DNA of 64,000 nt. It comes from Octopus sinensis. Taxonomy: Eukaryota. Every line of letters begins with the position of its first letter. Within the stretch, counting starts at the first letter, position 1. A model generated the notes under the pieces. The model was not told the origin of the DNA, did no database searches, and saw only the letters and a program-made list of their open reading frames with translations. The stretch spans positions 23,002,001 through 23,066,000 of the forward strand of contig NC_042999.1 in assembly GCF_006345805.1 (NCBI RefSeq). Reading direction: 5' to 3'. The position numbers and the translations under genes are program-made. Positions 26,483 to 39,604 of this stretch are shown piece by piece.

Positions 26483-26870
26483 CTATGTGGTGTATAAATG
26501 CGTATGTGTGTGTGTGTGTGTGGTTTTGTTTTCTTTCCAACGTTATTATTCTCCGTTCCGTATATTATTTATTCGGTGCGTTCGGTTAAACTCAGCGAGT
26601 AAATATGAGATTACTTAAAATCAAGCTTGATTGAATGAAACAGCCAAAACAAACGCAATGTTGAGCAAATATGAATATCTCTTTTTTTTCTCTGTGTGTG
26701 TGTGAGTGTGTGTGTGTGTGTATGTGTGTGTGTTTGTGTATGAAAGGGAGAGAGAGAGAGAGAGCGAAAGAGCTAGTGTATATCTGTATCTCTCTCTTTC
26801 TTTCTCTCTCTTCCTTTGTTTCTCTATCACTTAGTGACGTAAACAGAAACTTAATGTACACATGTGTGTC

Positions 26871-26961
<91 letters not shown>

Positions 26962-26970
26962 AATCAAGTA

Positions 26971-28183
26971 TGGGTTGTCCGGAAAGTTCGTGCCGATTAT
27001 AGTAGCTTACCTTTTGACTTATTTTAGAACATGGTTGAGTCCATAAAATAGGATTGAACTACACATCCATTTAGAGCACAGTTTAAGCTATCTTTTTGTG
27101 GAAGAAGGTTTATGTTCCTTTAACCTGTGTTAATTCTGTAACCCTTTAAAATGGAAGATAAGAAAGTTCATTTTCGGCACTTGATGCTTTTCTTTTTCCG
27201 TAAAGGGAAACATGCCTCACAAGCAACCAAAGAAATATGCGCAGTTTACGGTGATGTTTCTTTATCCGAAAGAACTGTACGGAATTGGTTCGCAAGGTTC
27301 CGAGCTGGAGATTGTAGCCTTATTGATAAAGAGCGATCAGATAGACCATCCACTATAGATGATGACCAAATCAAGTCATTAATTGGGAATAACCCACATT
27401 GCACAACCCGAGAATTGGCAGAAGGCCTCAACCTATCAAAATCCGTTGTTCATGAGCACCTGGGTACACAAATCGCTACGATGTTTGGGTACCACAGAAG
27501 TTGAGTGAGAAGAACCTTTTGGATCGCATTTCCATCTGTGATTCGCTTTATAAACGGAATGAAAACGCACCTTTTTTAAAGCAAATTGTGACAGGTGATG
27601 AGAAATGGATTATCTACCGAAGTGTTCAGAGAGAGCGATCCTGGAGTAAGCGACATGAGCCACCCTTAGCCACCTCAAAAGCGGGTCTTCACCCTAAAAA
27701 TTCTTGCTTTGTGTCTGGTGGGTTTGGAATGGAATTCTGTACTATGAGCTTCTCCCAAGTAACCAGACAATTAATTCTGAAAAATAGTGCACACAACTGG
27801 ACAAGTTAAAAGCAGCAATTCAAGAGAAACGTCCATAATTGGCCAACTGGAAGGGTTTGTTTTTCAACATGAAAATGCAAGACCGTACGTTTCTTTGAGA
27901 GCCAGAAAAAAATTGCTGTAGCTCGGCTGGGATGTGTTACCCCACCCGCCATATTCACCATATATTGCCCCTTCAGATTTCCACTTATTCAGGTCACTGC
28001 AGAATAATGGTAAAAATTTCAATTCCTTGGATGACGTAAAAAGATACCTTGATGAATTCTTTGCCATGAAACCACCTCAATTCTGGGAAGAGGGTATTTT
28101 CAAATTAAAGGAAAGATGGAGACGCATTGTGCAACAAAATGGTTCATATTTGGTCGATTAAAAATGTAATGGCAAGTATTTAT
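26971..28183 (+). mobile_element. Mariner DNA transposon, right TIR missing
   Basis: TA|TGGGTTGTCCGGAAAG left end; transposase remnant inside; right end replaced by a truncated S4 SINE. Confidence 0.9.
27151..28161 (+). pseudogene. Mariner (DD34D-type) transposase, frameshifted
   Basis: HFRHLMLFFFRKGK N-terminus, [50 protein letters not shown]. Confidence 0.92.
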
Positions 28184-28236
28184 TGACCAAAGCCTTGTGA
28201 GTGGATTTGGTAGATGGAAACTGAAAGAAGCCCGTC

Positions 28237-28328
<92 letters not shown>

Positions 28329-28601
28329 CATGTATGTATGTATGTATGTATGTATGTATGTATGTATGTATGTGTATATGTTTGTGCGTCTGTATTTGTC
28401 CCCCCAACATCACTTGACAATCGATGCTAGTGTGTTTACGTCTCTGTAACTTAGCGTTTCGGCAAAAGAGACTTATAGAAGTACTAGGCTTGTAAAGAAT
28501 AAGTCCTGGGGTCGATTTGCCCGACTAAAGACGGTGCTCCAGCATGGCCGCAGTCAAATGACTGAAACATGTAAAAGAGAAAAGAGTAAAAGAGTAAAAG
28601 A
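28184..28601 (+). mobile_element. 5'-truncated S4 SINE
   Basis: S4 homology. Confidence 0.85.
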
Positions 28602-28696
28602 GATATACATACATATATACATACATACATACATACACACATACATACATACATACATACATACATACATACATACATACATACATACTCACGTAT

Positions 28697-29067
28697 ACTC
28701 TTTACTCCTTCTTTCACTCTCTTACTTGTTTCAGTCATTTGACTGCGGCCATGCTGGAGCAGCGCCTTTAGTCGAGCAAATCGATCCCAGGACTTATTCT
28801 TTCTAAGCCTAGTACTTATTCTATCGGTCTCTTTTCCCGAACCGCTAAGTTACGGGGACGTAAACACACCAGCATCGGTTGTCAAACGATGTTGGGAGGG
28901 ACAAACACAGACGCACAAACACACACACACACATATATATACATATATACGACGGGCTTCTTTCAGTTTCCGTCTACCAAATTCACTCACAAGGCTTAGG
29001 TCGGCCCGAGGCTATAGTAGAAGCCACTTGCCCAAGGTGCCACGCAGTGGGACTGAACCCGGAACCG
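28697..29067 (-). mobile_element. S4 SINE, tail-to-tail with the previous copy
   Basis: S4 homology. Confidence 0.88.
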
Positions 29068-29235
29068 TATGTTCTCTTTGTTCTTTTTAATTTAAAGTAA
29101 ATTTTGACGGCCACATACTTGATAGCAAGGTTGTGAAAAAAAAATATATGCATGAACTGAGGGAAGAACGATTGTCACCGATGTTATAAACATTTCGAAG
29201 GGAACATTCCAAGGAGTAAAAGAGTAAAGAGAGTA

Positions 29236-30371
29236 TAGGAATGGTACTTAACCAAAAGAACTGTTCATATTTGATTGTTGAGCTTGGAAAATTAGTCCCT
29301 CAGACCCCAAATTTGTACATCAATGACCTCATTATCTCTTCTACCTCACACAAAGAATGCTACAAGAACCTAGGAATTGATGGAATCATATCATGCGAAG
29401 GTACTGTAAATAAAGATAGAGTGATCCAAGAATATTATACCAGACTTAGAAAAATATGATAGATGAAACTCTCCTCTTACAAGAAATGGCTCATAATGCT
29501 TTTGCAGTACCAGAGCTGGTTCCAACATTTGGGATGCTTGACTGGTCTGCTGAGGATATCCACTACATAGGCGATAAAACGCGCAAAATACTGATACCAA
29601 CTAGAAATCTCCACAGAAATAATGATATTGATGGGTTCTACCAAAGAAGAGATGAAGGTGGTGGAGGTTTGAGATCAGTGCAGACAGCATTCTAATGTCG
29701 TATAGTCTCTCTCAAACAGTACTTGCTAAACAACAGCAGCAAAAAGTGGAGGCACAATGGCCCAGTGGTTAGGGCAGCGGACTCGCGGTCATAAGACCGC
29801 GGTTTCGATTCCCAGACCGGGCGCTGTGAGTGTTTATCGAGCAAAAACACGTAAGCTCCACCAGGTGAACCCCGCTGTACTCTTTCACCACAACTTTCTC
29901 TCACAAAGCAGAGGAACCATGGTGTAGCCCATTATGGTGTGGTAATCTTTCAGACCCTAGTCTAGATTGCGAATCCTCTGTACCCCAGGATGGTTCAGCT
30001 CTCCACCCGTTAAAAGCCATCGTTTACGGAATGAGGATAACAACGTAGCTTTCGCGCCCGTGCAACCGGCAGTCTATCGCATGTGGTGGGTGGATCTTCA
30101 ACAGCATTCTTAGTAGTTTAGAGTAGGCTAAGAGTGGCTAACGGTGTGAGTCCTGATTGGAAGAAGAAGAAGAAGAAGAAGAAGAAGAAGAAGAAGACAG
30201 CAGCAAAAGGAAGGTATTAACTTAATGCTGGAAAGTGAAGAGAATAATATCCTACGTGTCGGCAGTGAGCTCCTCGGGAAGTACTCTCTTCTTGTTGACC
30301 GTCTTTACAACGCTAAAACAGCTGGACTAACATACCTCAAAGAAGACCTGGATGTGAAATGCTCAGCATAA
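29236..30371 (+). pseudogene. R4/Dong-like non-LTR retrotransposon RT fragment, interrupted by a SINE
   Basis: YKNLGID (YKYLG), HNAFAVPELVPTFGMLDW, KTRKIL, DIDGFYQRRDEGGGGLRS (RLYxxRxEGGRGL). Confidence 0.82.
29745..30196 (+). mobile_element. S2-headed SINE with a unique body and (GAA)n tail
   Basis: TSD ACAGCAGCAAAA at 29733-29744 and 30197-30208. Confidence 0.85.
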
Positions 30372-30468
30372 GATATATATATATATACATTCAAAATGTG
30401 AGCGCGTGTGTACCGTTGGCGATTTTTTCCCCTCCGTCTTCCCTTCCTTGGATCTTTCCTTTTCCTAT

Positions 30469-30503
30469 GTTTCTGACGAAGAGTTCCGCTCGATACGTTA
30501 AAC
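30469..30503 (+). ncRNA. Degenerate minimal hammerhead-like motif in TA-flanked island 30390-30596
   Basis: GTTT CTGACGA A GAGttccgCTC GATA CG TT AAAC. Confidence 0.45.
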
Positions 30504-30613
30504 CCTCCCTTTTTCCTTAGCGTCCAATAACACTATACTTGTTCCACGTCCTCGCGTTGTTGTTTTCTCTTTGTGCTTTCATGTTTGGATTAACTTTATA
30601 TATATTATATATA

Positions 30614-30687
<74 letters not shown>

Positions 30688-30839
30688 TATGCTGAGCATT
30701 TCACATCCAGGTCTTCTTTGAGGTATGTTAGTCCAGCTGTTTTAGCGTTGTAAGGACGGTCAACAAGAAGAGAGTACTTCCCGAAGAGCACACTGCCGAC
30801 ACGTAGGATATTATGTGTATATATATATATATATATATA

Positions 30840-30901
<62 letters not shown>

Positions 30902-31389
30902 CATACATACATACATACATACATACATACATACATACATACATACATACCACATATATGCAGACATACATACGGACATACATGCATGCATACAGACAGA
31001 CAGACAGACAGACAGACGGACAGACAGACAGCTATACGCACGAAAATGTTCTTTCATTACAGTAAACGTGACGAAAAACAATTTCCTTCATTATTAAATG
31101 TATCTTTCGTTCACCACTAATTTTGTTGTTATATATTTATGTTTATGAAAACTCACCCAAAACGAAATATGCTCACGAGGAAGTCGTGTCTCTAACACGA
31201 TTTTGATATTCGCTTGAAGTTAATTGATTTTATTTACTTTAAATAACGACCAATAAATCTCGAGTTGTATAAGTATATATGATACGTGTTCTATTGTGTT
31301 TATTCTCTCTAATAATCAACATTTACTAGGACTGGAAAGGCAATTTATTTCACGTTGCACCACTCTTATCACCCACAATGCATACTCCT

Positions 31390-31856
31390 TCTCTCTCTCT
31401 CTCTCTCTCTCTCATCTCTCTTCTCGTCTGCTCTCTCTCTCTCTCTCTCTCTCTCCGTCTCTTTGTTTATCTGTCTGTCTTTCTCATTCTCTCTCTCTCT
31501 CTCTCTCCGTCCCTTTGTTTATCTGTCTGTCTTTCTCATTCTCTCTCTCTCTCTCTCCGTCCCTTTGTTTACCTGTCTGTCTTTCTTTCTCATTCTCTTT
31601 CTCTCCGTCCCTTTGTTTATTTGTCTCTCTCTCTCACACACACTCTCTCTCACACACACTCTCTCTCTCACACACTCTCTCTCTCTCACACACACTCTCT
31701 CTCTCACACTCTCTCTCTCTCACACACACTCTCTCTCTCTCACACACACTCTCTCACACACACTCTCTCTCTCTCTCCGGCCTTTTGTCTGTTTGTCTGT
31801 CTCTCTCTCTCTCTCCGTCTCTTTGTCTGTTTATCTGTCTCTCTCTCTCTGTCTCT
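31390..31856. repeat. Complex CT-rich minisatellite
   Basis: Recurring CTCTCCGTCCCTTTGT(C/T)T...TCTGTCTGTCT units; also at 32300-32470 and 33910-34422. Confidence 0.85.
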
Positions 31857-32563
31857 GTACCCCAGGATGGTTCAGCTCTTGACTTTGATTGTTGAGCTTG
31901 GAAAATTAGTCCCTCAGACTCCAAATTTGTATATCAATGGCCTCATTATCTCTTCTACCTCACACAAAGAATGCTACAAGAACCGTCCGTCCGTCTGTCT
32001 GTCTGTCTGTCTGTCTGTCTGTATGTATGTATGTATGTATGTATGTATGTATGTATGTATGTATATAATCCGTTCTGTCTTCTAGGATCTCGGGCATCCT
32101 CCATCCGATTGCGCTCAAATCATATCGTGCGAAGGTACTGTGAATAAAGATAGAGTGATCCAAGAATATTATACCAGACTTAGAAAAATATAATTGATGA
32201 AATTAAGAGATGGCCTTGTACCAATGTAAAGAATCGTTATATATCAAAAATCGTACCTAAGCCATCTTCACTCGTCCGTCTGTTTATCCATCTGTTCACT
32301 CTCACTCTCTCTCTCTCTTAGTCATTTTTGTCTGTTTATCTGTCTGTCTCTCTCTCTCTCATTCTCCCTCTCCATCCCTTTGTTTGTTTATCTGTCTGTC
32401 TGTCTGTCTCTCTGTCTCTCTGTCTCTCTCTCTCTCTCTCATTCTCTCTCTCTCCGTCCCTTTGTCTGTTTATGGAAACAACTCTGGATAAATCGTGTGA
32501 CTTCAGAAAGGGATTAATTCGTAGAAGATTAAATGCCGATTTGATACGTGTTGTAGTTTTTTG

Positions 32564-32866
32564 GGATCTTTTCATTTTGAAGGCCAGATTTTCCTAGTTA
32601 ACTAAAAAATTTGAAACTTCGTATACTGGTGGAATGTGTCAAAAGAAAACATTATTGTAAACAAAATTGAAAACAAAATTGTTATTCGTAACTTAAACGT
32701 AGTTTAATTTTTACGAATTTTAACCAATGAAATCCCGGCATTGCTGCGTTATCGATATTGATAAAGAAATATAGCAGACGCACCACACACACACACACAC
32801 ATACACACACACATTTGCACAAGCACATAGTAATTAATATATAAGCGTACACACACATACAAACGG

Positions 32867-32912
<46 letters not shown>

Positions 32913-33326
32913 TAATTAATATATAAGCGTACACACACATACAAACAGGCATATTATTGTTTTGTTTTTGTTGTTTCTGGCCCTTCAAAAACATGGGAGA
33001 AGCCTTTTCGGTAAAAAATAATAAAGAAAATATTCAAAAAATATCGTTAATATTTTTATTGGGCGACGAAATTAATCGATTTAAGAGATATAGCTGTTAT
33101 TTCTAGCACATGCAGAAGACAGAAGAAGAGGTAAATAATTTGAGCTCGAATGCTGCGATTTCATTGGTTAAAATTTTTAAAATTAAACTACGTTTAAGTT
33201 ACGAATTACAATTTTGTTTTCAATTTTGTTTACAATAATGTTTTCTTTTGACACATTCTATCAGTATACGAAGTTTCAAATTGTTTAGTTAACTAGGAAA
33301 ATCTGGCCTTCAAAATGAAAAGATCC
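32564..33326. mobile_element. Long-TIR non-autonomous DNA transposon, Merlin-like
   Basis: GGATCTTTTC...GAAAAGATCC ends, TIRs of roughly 175 bp, exact 8-bp TSD GTTTTTTG. Confidence 0.85.
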
Positions 33327-33968
33327 GTTTTTTGGGGGGGTTTTTATAGCACCAGTCCTGATACTTTTCGATCATCCCTCCTACACACCTTTCCTATGTA
33401 CTTAAAACAATTAGCATAGTACCTATCCCCTAGCCTTACTTGCTTATGAGCAACAGCTGTACTTTTATGTAATAGGACAGTGAAACACCGGACAAAATGC
33501 CTTGTGGCATGTAGGTATGACCTGTAGCGCCCTCTCAGTTAATTAAATAAAAAATTAAAAAGGGATGTAGCTTGAGTGACCTTCCGTAGAATGTTCTGGA
33601 ATATTCCATGCATTTCCGGATGACGTGAACATTTCATGAATTTCCGCTCCACGTATTATAAAATGAAAAAACGAAAGTTAATCCTCCCTTTTTGTATTTG
33701 AGCTTTGGATGAGAAGCATTGTGCGTATGTAGGTGGTTCTTAGAACCGTCTTCCAGTTATAAAATGTATCGTATTTGTTTCAAGGTTTTCTTATATATTA
33801 TGCTGCATACATAACATTGAGAAACTATTCTCTGTAAAATTGCAGCACACACCACAATGAATAAAAACCATTATTTTATTCCCGTTTAAGGATTTTCTTC
33901 GAGCTGTTTATCTGTCTCTCTGTCTGTCTCTCTCTCTCACTTTCTCTCTTCGTCCCTTTGTCTGTTTA

Positions 33969-34003
<35 letters not shown>

Positions 34004-34104
34004 GTCTCTCTCTCTCGCTCTCTCATTCTCTCTCTCCGTCCCTTTGTCTGTTTATCTGTCTCTCTCTCTCTCTCTTTCTCTCCGTCCCTTTATCTGTTTA
34101 TCTG

Positions 34105-34155
<51 letters not shown>

Positions 34156-34809
34156 TTCTTCCCGTACCTTTGTCTGTTTATCTGTCTGTCTGTCTCTCTC
34201 GCTCTCTCCGTCCCTTTGTCTATTTATCTGTCTGTCTCTCTCATTCTCTTCTCTCTCTCTCTCTCTCCCCTCCCTCTCTCTGTCCCTTTGTTTATCTCTC
34301 TGTCTGTCTGTCTCTCTTTCTCTCTCCTCTCTTTGTTTATCTGTATGTCTGTCTTACTCTTCTCTCTCTCCTTCCTCTCTCCTCTCTCTCTCTCTCTCTC
34401 CCCTCTCTCTCTCTCTCTCTCTATAACTGTCACGTCCTGAATGTTCTGTTGCGCAACAGTAAGGATTTTCTTCGAGTTGTTTCGCTCTGTTGAACGTTGA
34501 GGAGTTTTTCACCCAGAAGATGAATATGTTATCGTAATCCTGCCTTCAAAGCTTCCTTCAAAGTTTCCTTCAAAGCTAAATTAGTGGTTGGCACGCCAGA
34601 GATGTCTACCGGAGTAGACAACCCAACGTCTAATTCACTAAAGACGCTCTGCGTTCTAATTTCAAATTCTGCCCGAGTCGATCTTACCTCCATCCTTCAA
34701 AAGTTTCTAAAATGAATACTAACCAAGAATTGAAATCTAATTGATTATATATAACCCACTCCAAAATTTGTCATCTTAAGCCTATGAAAGAAATACTTCC
34801 GTTTTCATT

Positions 34810-35530
34810 GGCGTGGCTGTGTGGTAAAAAGTTCTAATTTGAAATTAGAACGCAAAGCATCTTTAGTGAATTAGACATTGGGTTGTCTACTCCAGTAGAC
34901 ATTTCTGGCATGCCAACCACTAATTGAGAAGGCGGCGAGCTGGCAGAAACGTTAGCACGCCGGGCGAAATGTTTAGCCGTATTTCATCTGCCGCTACGTT
35001 CTGAGTTCAAATTCCGCCGAGGTCGACTTTGCCTTTCATCCTTTCGGGGTCGATTAAATAAGTACCAGTTACGCACTAAGGTCGATATAATCGACTTAAT
35101 CCCTTTGTCTGTCCTTGTTTTTCCCCTTTGTGTTTAACCCCCTGTGCGTAATAAAGAAATAAGAAGCTTGCATCTCAACAGCATAGTTCCGGGTTCAGTC
35201 CCACTGTATGGTATCTTGGGTCAGTATCTTTTACTATAGCTTCGGTCCAACCAAAGTCTTGTGAAAGGATTTGGTAGATGGAAACTGAAAGAAGCCCGTC
35301 GTATATATGTATATTTCTGTGTGTGTATCTTTGTCCTCCACCACTGCTTGACAACCGGTGTTGGTGAGTTTATGTCTCCGTAACTTAGCGATTCGGCTGA
35401 AGAGACCGATAGAATAAGTACTAGGCTTTTAAAAATAAATCCTACGGTCGATTTGTTCGACTAAATCTCCTTCAATGCAGTGCTCCAGCATGGCCGCAGG
35501 CAGATGAGTGAAGCAATTAAATGGTAAAAG
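34810..35530 (+). mobile_element. S4 SINE interrupted by an S1 SINE (34929-35161) and an inverted local copy
   Basis: S4 head at 34810 resumes at about 35162. Confidence 0.8.
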
Positions 35531-35967
35531 AAAGTTAGAGTACATTGGCTGAAACAATAGAGTATCATGCAAAAATACCTCGTGGTATTAAGTTATGAAG
35601 CTTTATGTAGTGAATTCAGAACCTATAGAAGTCAACTTTTCTTTTTGTCCTTCCAATGTCAATAAAATAAATTTCCTGTAGAGAATTGATTCTTATATAA
35701 TCTGCTACACCCCGACCATGAAGTATTTAAGTTATGTTTATTGTTATTCAGTAGTGGGTAGTGATTTCCTTCACTACTTCAGGGAGTGTCGACCCTGTCT
35801 CACATGAGTCCCAGGCTCACCTGGCTCCAAAGCAGAGTTGGAACAAAAGTGCCACAACGTTGTCTCTTTGGTGCTCTAACGACTCTGCGACTACATTATA
35901 AAAATTAAGGTGGTGAGGAGCAGAAACAGTAGAGAGACAGGGAAAATATATGGCCACATTTAATTAC

Positions 35968-36384
35968 TCTCTTACTCTTTTTACTCTTTTATTTGTTTCA
36001 GTCATTTGACTGCGGCCATGCTGAAGCACCACATTTAGTCGAGCAAATCGACCCCAGGACTTATTCTTTGTAAGCCTAGTACTTATTCTATAGGTCTCTT
36101 TTGCCGTACCGCTAAGTTACGGGGACGTAAATACACCGGCATCGGTTGCCAAGGGATGTTGGGGAGACAAACACAGATACACAAACACACACACATACAT
36201 ACATAAATATATTTTTACATATACACGACAGGATTCTTTCAGTTTCCGTCTACCAAATCCACTCACAAGGCTTTGGTCAGCCCGAGGCTATAGTAGAAGA
36301 CACTTGCCCAACGTGCCACGCAGTGGTACTGAACCTGGAACCATGTAGTTGGTAAGCAAGCCACTTACCACACAGCCACTCCTG
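35968..36384 (-). mobile_element. S4 SINE, full length
   Basis: S4 homology. Confidence 0.88.
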
Positions 36385-36419
36385 CGCTTCCTCCTGATGA
36401 TTAGGTTATTTAAAAGGAA

Positions 36420-36850
36420 TAAATCGAATTGTTAGCACGCCCGGCTAAATGTCCGTCTTTATATTTAGAGTTCAAATGCCGCCGAGGTTGGCTTTGCCTT
36501 TCAGGATCGATAAAATAAGTAGCAGTTGAGCCCTGGGGGTCGATGTAATTGACTTACCCCCTTCCCTGAACTTGCTGGGCTTGTACCTAAATGTGAAATC
36601 GATATTTAATTAGGTTTTAAGGTGGCGAGCTGGCAGAACCGTTCGCGCGCCGGGCGAAAAGCTTCGCGGTATTTCGTCCATCTTTATGTTCCGAGTTCAA
36701 ATTCCACCGAGGTCGTTTTTTTCTTTTCATCTTTTCAGGGTCGACGAAATAAGTACCAGTTGAGCACTGGGGATTAATATAATCGACTTATACCCTGCCC
36801 CGAATTTGCTGGACTTGTACCAAAATATAAAACCGATATTTAAGTAGGTT
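36420..36850 (+). mobile_element. Two tandem S1 SINEs
   Basis: S1 core twice, each followed by CGATATTTAA(T/G)TAGGTTT. Confidence 0.78.
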
Positions 36851-37788
36851 TCTCTATGTTTTGTTTAAAGAAGGAGAGACAGTATTTGATTTTTATCTTC
36901 CCTGAGGGGTTCAATATAAATAACGGTAATAAAGATGTTCAATAGTTCTATCATCAATATTTGTTTCTTCAAATTATGTGATGGCCTTGTACTAATATAA
37001 AGAATCGTTATATATCAAAAATCGTACCTAAGCCATCTTCACTCGTCTGTCTATTTATCCATCTGTTCACCCCCAAAATCGGTTAATCTATTTGAGAAAT
37101 GGAATAGAAACCTGTTAGTTGGCTTTTATGAATATGAAATAAAAGGAACTAGAATTTGGTTTTTTTTTTTGTGGTTTGGTTTTTGTTTTCATCAATCTCT
37201 ACACAGAAGATAAAATCAAAAGCAATGAAAAATGAAGCAAAACAAAACCAAAGAAAAAAATGTAAAAAAAAAACCAGAAAATATTCCAACAACAATACCA
37301 AAACGCACAGTTTCATAATGAAAGAATAATGGTAGAATGGAACAAACGAAAAAATATATATATTCAACTCAGACATCAATAGAGTTCTCTTTTGGCATCA
37401 AGATGAAGCCAAATGAAGTGAAATATTAAAAAGAAAGACATGAATCGCGAACAATCTTTGAGAAGGTTGGTCGGTCGGTAGAGAGTCTTTCTATAGCAAC
37501 AAGCAGACAATTAAGACATCGGCAGGTATGAAAACCGGAAAAGAAGAAGAACAAGAAGAACAAAAATATGGAATGTAAAAGAGAAAGGAATAGAAATGGT
37601 GTTAGATGAAAGAAGCTCAGCTTCTTTGTTTTCTTTCCTTCTTCCTCTTTTGTTTTTGTTTTTTTTTTTAATCTCAATTCAATATTTAAAGTAGCTTTAT
37701 TGAATGTTCGCAGCTCGGAAGTATTACTGAAGACCGTCGAAAGTTGATTGCTTAATGCATCTATGTATTTCTATACACACACAAATGC

Positions 37789-37867
<79 letters not shown>

Positions 37868-37915
37868 GTGTGTGTGTGTGTGTGTGTATATGTGTGTGTA
37901 TTATATATATATGTG

Positions 37916-38037
<122 letters not shown>

Positions 38038-38052
38038 GTATATATATATATA

Positions 38053-38098
<46 letters not shown>

Positions 38099-38124
38099 TG
38101 CACGTACATACATACATACATACA

Positions 38125-38157
<33 letters not shown>

Positions 38158-38282
38158 GAATGTATATATGGATATATGTACAGATATACAAACATGCACG
38201 TGCACCATACATATAAACCTTTATTATAATTGAGAGATTATTGTCATCATCATCATCATCATCATCATTATAATCATTATTA

Positions 38283-38316
<34 letters not shown>

Positions 38317-38332
38317 CATAATTATTATTATT

Positions 38333-38548
38333 CTATGTTTGACTTTTGCTTTATATTTTACAAGTTGGCTCCAAGTCTCACCCAGAGACCTTAAGAGACA
38401 ACAGGTTGGAAGTTCGTGATGTTGTTATGCCTAGTGTGCCATATATTTGGTTTTGTATTTTGTGTTGTACTAGTGAATGTCAAAAAAAAAGCCAAAATTA
38501 TGTTTGTTTTAAAACTTGAGATTACATAGAAAGTATTTTGCGTAGGAT
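38333..38548 (-). mobile_element. 3' end of an R4/Dong-like element (ORF stop plus UTR)
   Basis: Minus strand ATC CTA CGC AAA ATA CTT TCT ATG TAA = ILRKILSM*; (TAA)n on both sides. Confidence 0.6.
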
Positions 38549-38555
38549 ATTATTA

Positions 38556-38608
<53 letters not shown>

Positions 38609-39166
38609 GAGTGAGAGAGCCGTGCATGCCATCAAAGTGACACTGGGTTAAAATATACGAAGCCCAGTATACCCATCATGACTACCCGTCTGATAAGGGT
38701 ACACCAGGCACATGCATCACAACCAAATGTGCGCGACATGGTGATTTCATATCAAGATAAACAGCACATGACCTTGCAGGTGGGGCCCAGTTAGAATTTT
38801 CTTCTTGTCGAGTAGCCCATCCCGCTCAAAAGGTCCCTGAATAAGGATTGTTTAAGGATGTTGAACGAAACACCCATGTTTCCAAAGGTGAATTAGTCAA
38901 ACCTCTAAGAATCCCTCTCAACACACGGCTATGATGCTCCCCAACTACTTCTACTTGTGATCAGAGATGCACATATCGTCAGCCACTAAGGGACATGGTC
39001 AACTGGTTAAGGTCAAACAACTGACAAGCAAATCTGTGGCCTGGAGCAGAGTATTTGCGGTAGCCCGTCTTTTATACGAATACAAAACAATGTACATGAT
39101 AACACTTCCAATCAGTTAAGATCAGAAGCCACGAGAGCCACTGCCTGGTACTGCATCAGGGCATTT
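38609..39166 (-). mobile_element. Non-coding element embedded in (AAT)n; same family as 24687-25173
   Basis: Reverse-complement homology with the same termini. Confidence 0.8.
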
Positions 39167-39204
39167 ATCATCATCACCATCGTCATCATCATCATTATTA
39201 TTAT

Positions 39205-39556
39205 GTTTTTTCCTTCTTTCTTCAAATTTTCTTCCGTTTCTCGCCGAGTGTTTTCCGTACACCTAGGGCAGAGAAGCTCATTGTATGCATTCCCAGATTA
39301 CACGCGCAAATTCACAGATAAAATATGTATTTAAAAATTAATTAATAAATTCATGGATGGATGTTGTTTGCACAGCGATAATGCTCTTCTCAGTGCATGA
39401 GCCGTTCCAGTTAATACGATTTTTTGCACTTCCTGTAGGGATGGTAAGCCTGGAATCATTTTCAAATAGGTTTCGGTACCTTTTTTTATCATTCCTAGAG
39501 ATCCTACAATCACTGGTACTGTAGTCGCCTTGAGATGCCACATTTTTTTCAATTTC

Positions 39557-39558
<2 letters not shown>
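39205..39558 (-). mobile_element. 5'-truncated R4/Dong-like element, C-terminal RLE region plus 3' UTR
   Basis: MWHLKATTVPVIVGSLGMIKKG...LQEVQKIVLTGTAHALRRALS; flanked by (TAA)n. Confidence 0.85.

Positions 39559-39602
<44 letters not shown>

Positions 39603-39604
<2 letters not shown>

Noticed and set aside
37430-37530. Short open frame ending at CAG|GTATGA
   Set aside because: In-frame stop upstream and no acceptor; a UTR exon cannot be excluded or supported
37717-37745. CTGAAGA..GAAA hammerhead-like string
   Set aside because: No stem II or closing stem I
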